64,000 bases of DNA, from assembly GCA_040954595.2 (NCBI GenBank), contig CM082595.2, positions 5,172,137-5,236,136 of the forward strand, read 5' to 3'. The notes beneath the pieces are model-generated. The model was not told the DNA's origin and ran no database searches. It worked only from the letters and a program-made list of their open reading frames with translations. The number at the start of each line of letters is the position of its first letter. Positions within the stretch are counted from its first letter, which is position 1. The translations under genes were made by a program, and so were the position numbers. Shown here piece by piece: positions 59,301 to 64,000 of the stretch. This DNA comes from Balanoglossus misakiensis. Taxonomy: Eukaryota; Animalia; Hemichordata.

Positions 59301-59397
59301 ATACAAATCCACAGCGTCTGATCTCGAGACTGATCCAATCGCTGATGACTCCGTCCCTTGATGCATAAAACTGGGTGCACCTGAGCCTTCTTATCAT
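48049..59397 (-). CDS. LIG3: DNA ligase III (PARP-type Zn finger, ATP-dependent ligase core, PBZ finger, BRCT; N-terminal mitochondrial presequence)
   Basis: Exons 59397-58767, 58474-58316, 57764-57606, 57154-57048, 56617-56485, 56139-55982, 55599-55431, 54668-54444, 53875-53813, 53468-53389, 53240-53153, 52777-52700, 52257-52134, 51563-51346, 50029-49883, 49575-49327, 48988-48869, 48568-48407, 48126-48049. Motifs [48 protein letters not shown], and BRCT LPDVFTG..WLWQC. Confidence 0.97.
48608..48868. repeat. Compound (GATA)n/(TACA)n/(CA)n microsatellite in a LIG3 intron
   Basis: Direct inspection. A similar (GATA)n block lies at ~50245-50500. Confidence 0.95.
49033..49125. mobile_element. 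MITE family E (~90 bp, TTAA-CCCT termini; piggyBac-like)
   Basis: TTAACCCTTTCACC...GGTGAAAGGGTTAA. Related copies at ~7351-7441, ~25763-25850, ~43895-43947, ~51800-51881, ~55890-55980, ~58233-58300. Confidence 0.8.
53650..53795. repeat. ~36-bp tandem repeat (AAAAAAGCATGTGAAAAATCTATGCCCCCCC) x4 within a probable MITE
   Basis: Four units differing mainly in homopolymer length. Confidence 0.75.
54842..55021. mobile_element. MITE family F (TACAGTAAAACTCC...GGAGTTTTACTGTA; Tc1/pogo-like)
   Basis: TIRs of about 25 bp with subterminal TTCGGATAATTGGAG repeats and TA flanks. Confidence 0.8.
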
Positions 59398-60259
59398 CAA
59401 AGAACAAGTACCCTTTCCTCCCAACTATCTGTACCAAGGTATCTGTTGATGCAGTAACAAATATAAGTTATAACAACAACAAAAACAACAACAATAATAT
59501 AATATAACAATAATAATAAATATATACATGTAATAATAGTAATAATTATTATTATATTAACAAATTATAATTTGATTTTTGGAAGATAACAAAAACTCAT
59601 TTCTTAACGTTTTCAGACCTATAGCACATGTACAGAGAAGCAGTGTAACTTGCAAGATGGTGCCTCTACTTTACACAATATACCAGTATATGAATATATG
59701 GTTGATATCATGACAAAACGGGTCTACTATTGAAAATCTGTTGCTTCCATCAGCGCTTTCTTGGTGTCTAAATGTTGAGTAACTCGAACCTGTTTCGACG
59801 TGCAGCATTTTTAAAAGAGTTTTTGCTGACACGTCGATTTTTAAATGACAACAATGGACTATGGAGTGTCTATTGTGAGTGACTCACAGAGTACTCCAGT
59901 CAGATATGTTGTATGTTGCTGTGTGCGTTGTTGCAGAGGTCATGATACACACATGCACGTACTGAACAGTCGCATTCACTTCACCTCCTCGCTTGTATTG
60001 ATAAATGCTCACCTGAAAATTCAAGACACCGCAAACGCCTTGACGGCTTCTTTGTGTCCGTCCCTAATTTCGAAAGCGATACTGAAAGGTCACGTTGCTC
60101 GAGACGCTGACCTTAGCCGACCCCCTAAGTCTTCGCCTATTTTTCAGAAGTGCGCCACCGGTGGCAGATTTTGTCACAGTGGCTGTGAAAACGTAGCGAT
60201 GTATACGTGGGGGTGGGGGTGGGGTGGGGGGAGATATGCAGATTCCCCAACATGGAGAT

Positions 60260-60640
60260 AAGACTTTATAAGCTAGAACCTCGAGTATTTCTGACTTTGA
60301 AGGCTGTACAACGTAAGAACCACGATTTTTCGGTAAGAACCACGGCTATGCATGAAAATGCCTATAAACCTAGGTGATTTCGGAGAGATAAATTACGATA
60401 ATTGGTAATTTTTAATGAGAAATTATCATCGCATCGACTAAAAATAAGACTTTGTCAGCTAAAACCTCGAGTGGTTTTGACTTTGTAGGCTGTAAAACGT
60501 AAGAACCACGATTTTTCGGTAAGAACCACGGCTATGCATGAAAATGCCTATTTAAGAACCTTGGGGATTTCGCAGAGATAAATTGCGATAATCGTTAGTG
60601 AATAATGATAAATTATCATAGCATGGACCGAAATATTGAA
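60260..60640. repeat. ~186-bp tandem duplication
   Basis: AAGACTTT..AGCTA.AACCTCGAGT...AGAACCACGGCTATGCATGAAAATGCCTAT starts at ~60260 and ~60446. Confidence 0.8.
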
Positions 60641-60945
60641 GACAAACTATACACATGTGTTCAAATCTGTTTTTATTTGGCAATATAGGATGAGTGCTTA
60701 AAATACGGTCATTTGGTTACAGAAAATAAGGAATATTGGTCAGCATCTTTTTTGATCGTCTGCTTTCTGAGACACTGTCATGGCGGAGTGTAGAGTCAGA
60801 CTTGAAGCAAAAGAAGACAGAAAAAGAGACAACATTCTATGAAAATACAGAGGTCGCACGTTTTTCCGGGCTTGGAATTTCGAATGATTAAAACCTGCTT
60901 CTCAAATAATTAATAGCGTCATTTTCATCTCGACTCAGCCATCGC

Positions 60946-64000
<3,055 letters not shown>

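Overview
This is intron-rich animal genomic DNA, about 38% GC by eye. A marine invertebrate deuterostome such as a hemichordate is my inference, not something the sequence shows. I reconstructed nine protein-coding genes exon by exon from GT-AG boundaries: SSU72 (5' part, -), WDR33 (+), CYB5D1 (-), NAA38/LSMD1 (+), an unrecognised secreted 331-aa protein (-), two tandem GAPDH paralogues (-), DNA ligase III (-), and the 3' part of a thrombospondin-repeat type-I membrane protein (-). Two paralogous C/D-box snoRNAs lie in WDR33 introns. Introns and intergenic DNA are full of short non-autonomous DNA transposons (TTAA-, TA- and 8-9-bp-TSD types) and microsatellites, which explain most of the spurious ORFs in the track. 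The most striking signal is inside WDR33, the AAUAAA-reading subunit of CPSF. An intron with a weak donor contains a sense-strand array of ten AATAAA hexamers in about 255 bp, preceded by six TGTA (CFIm) motifs, which suggests an autoregulatory intronic polyadenylation switch. WDR33 also shares a short divergent promoter with SSU72, another 3'-end-processing factor.
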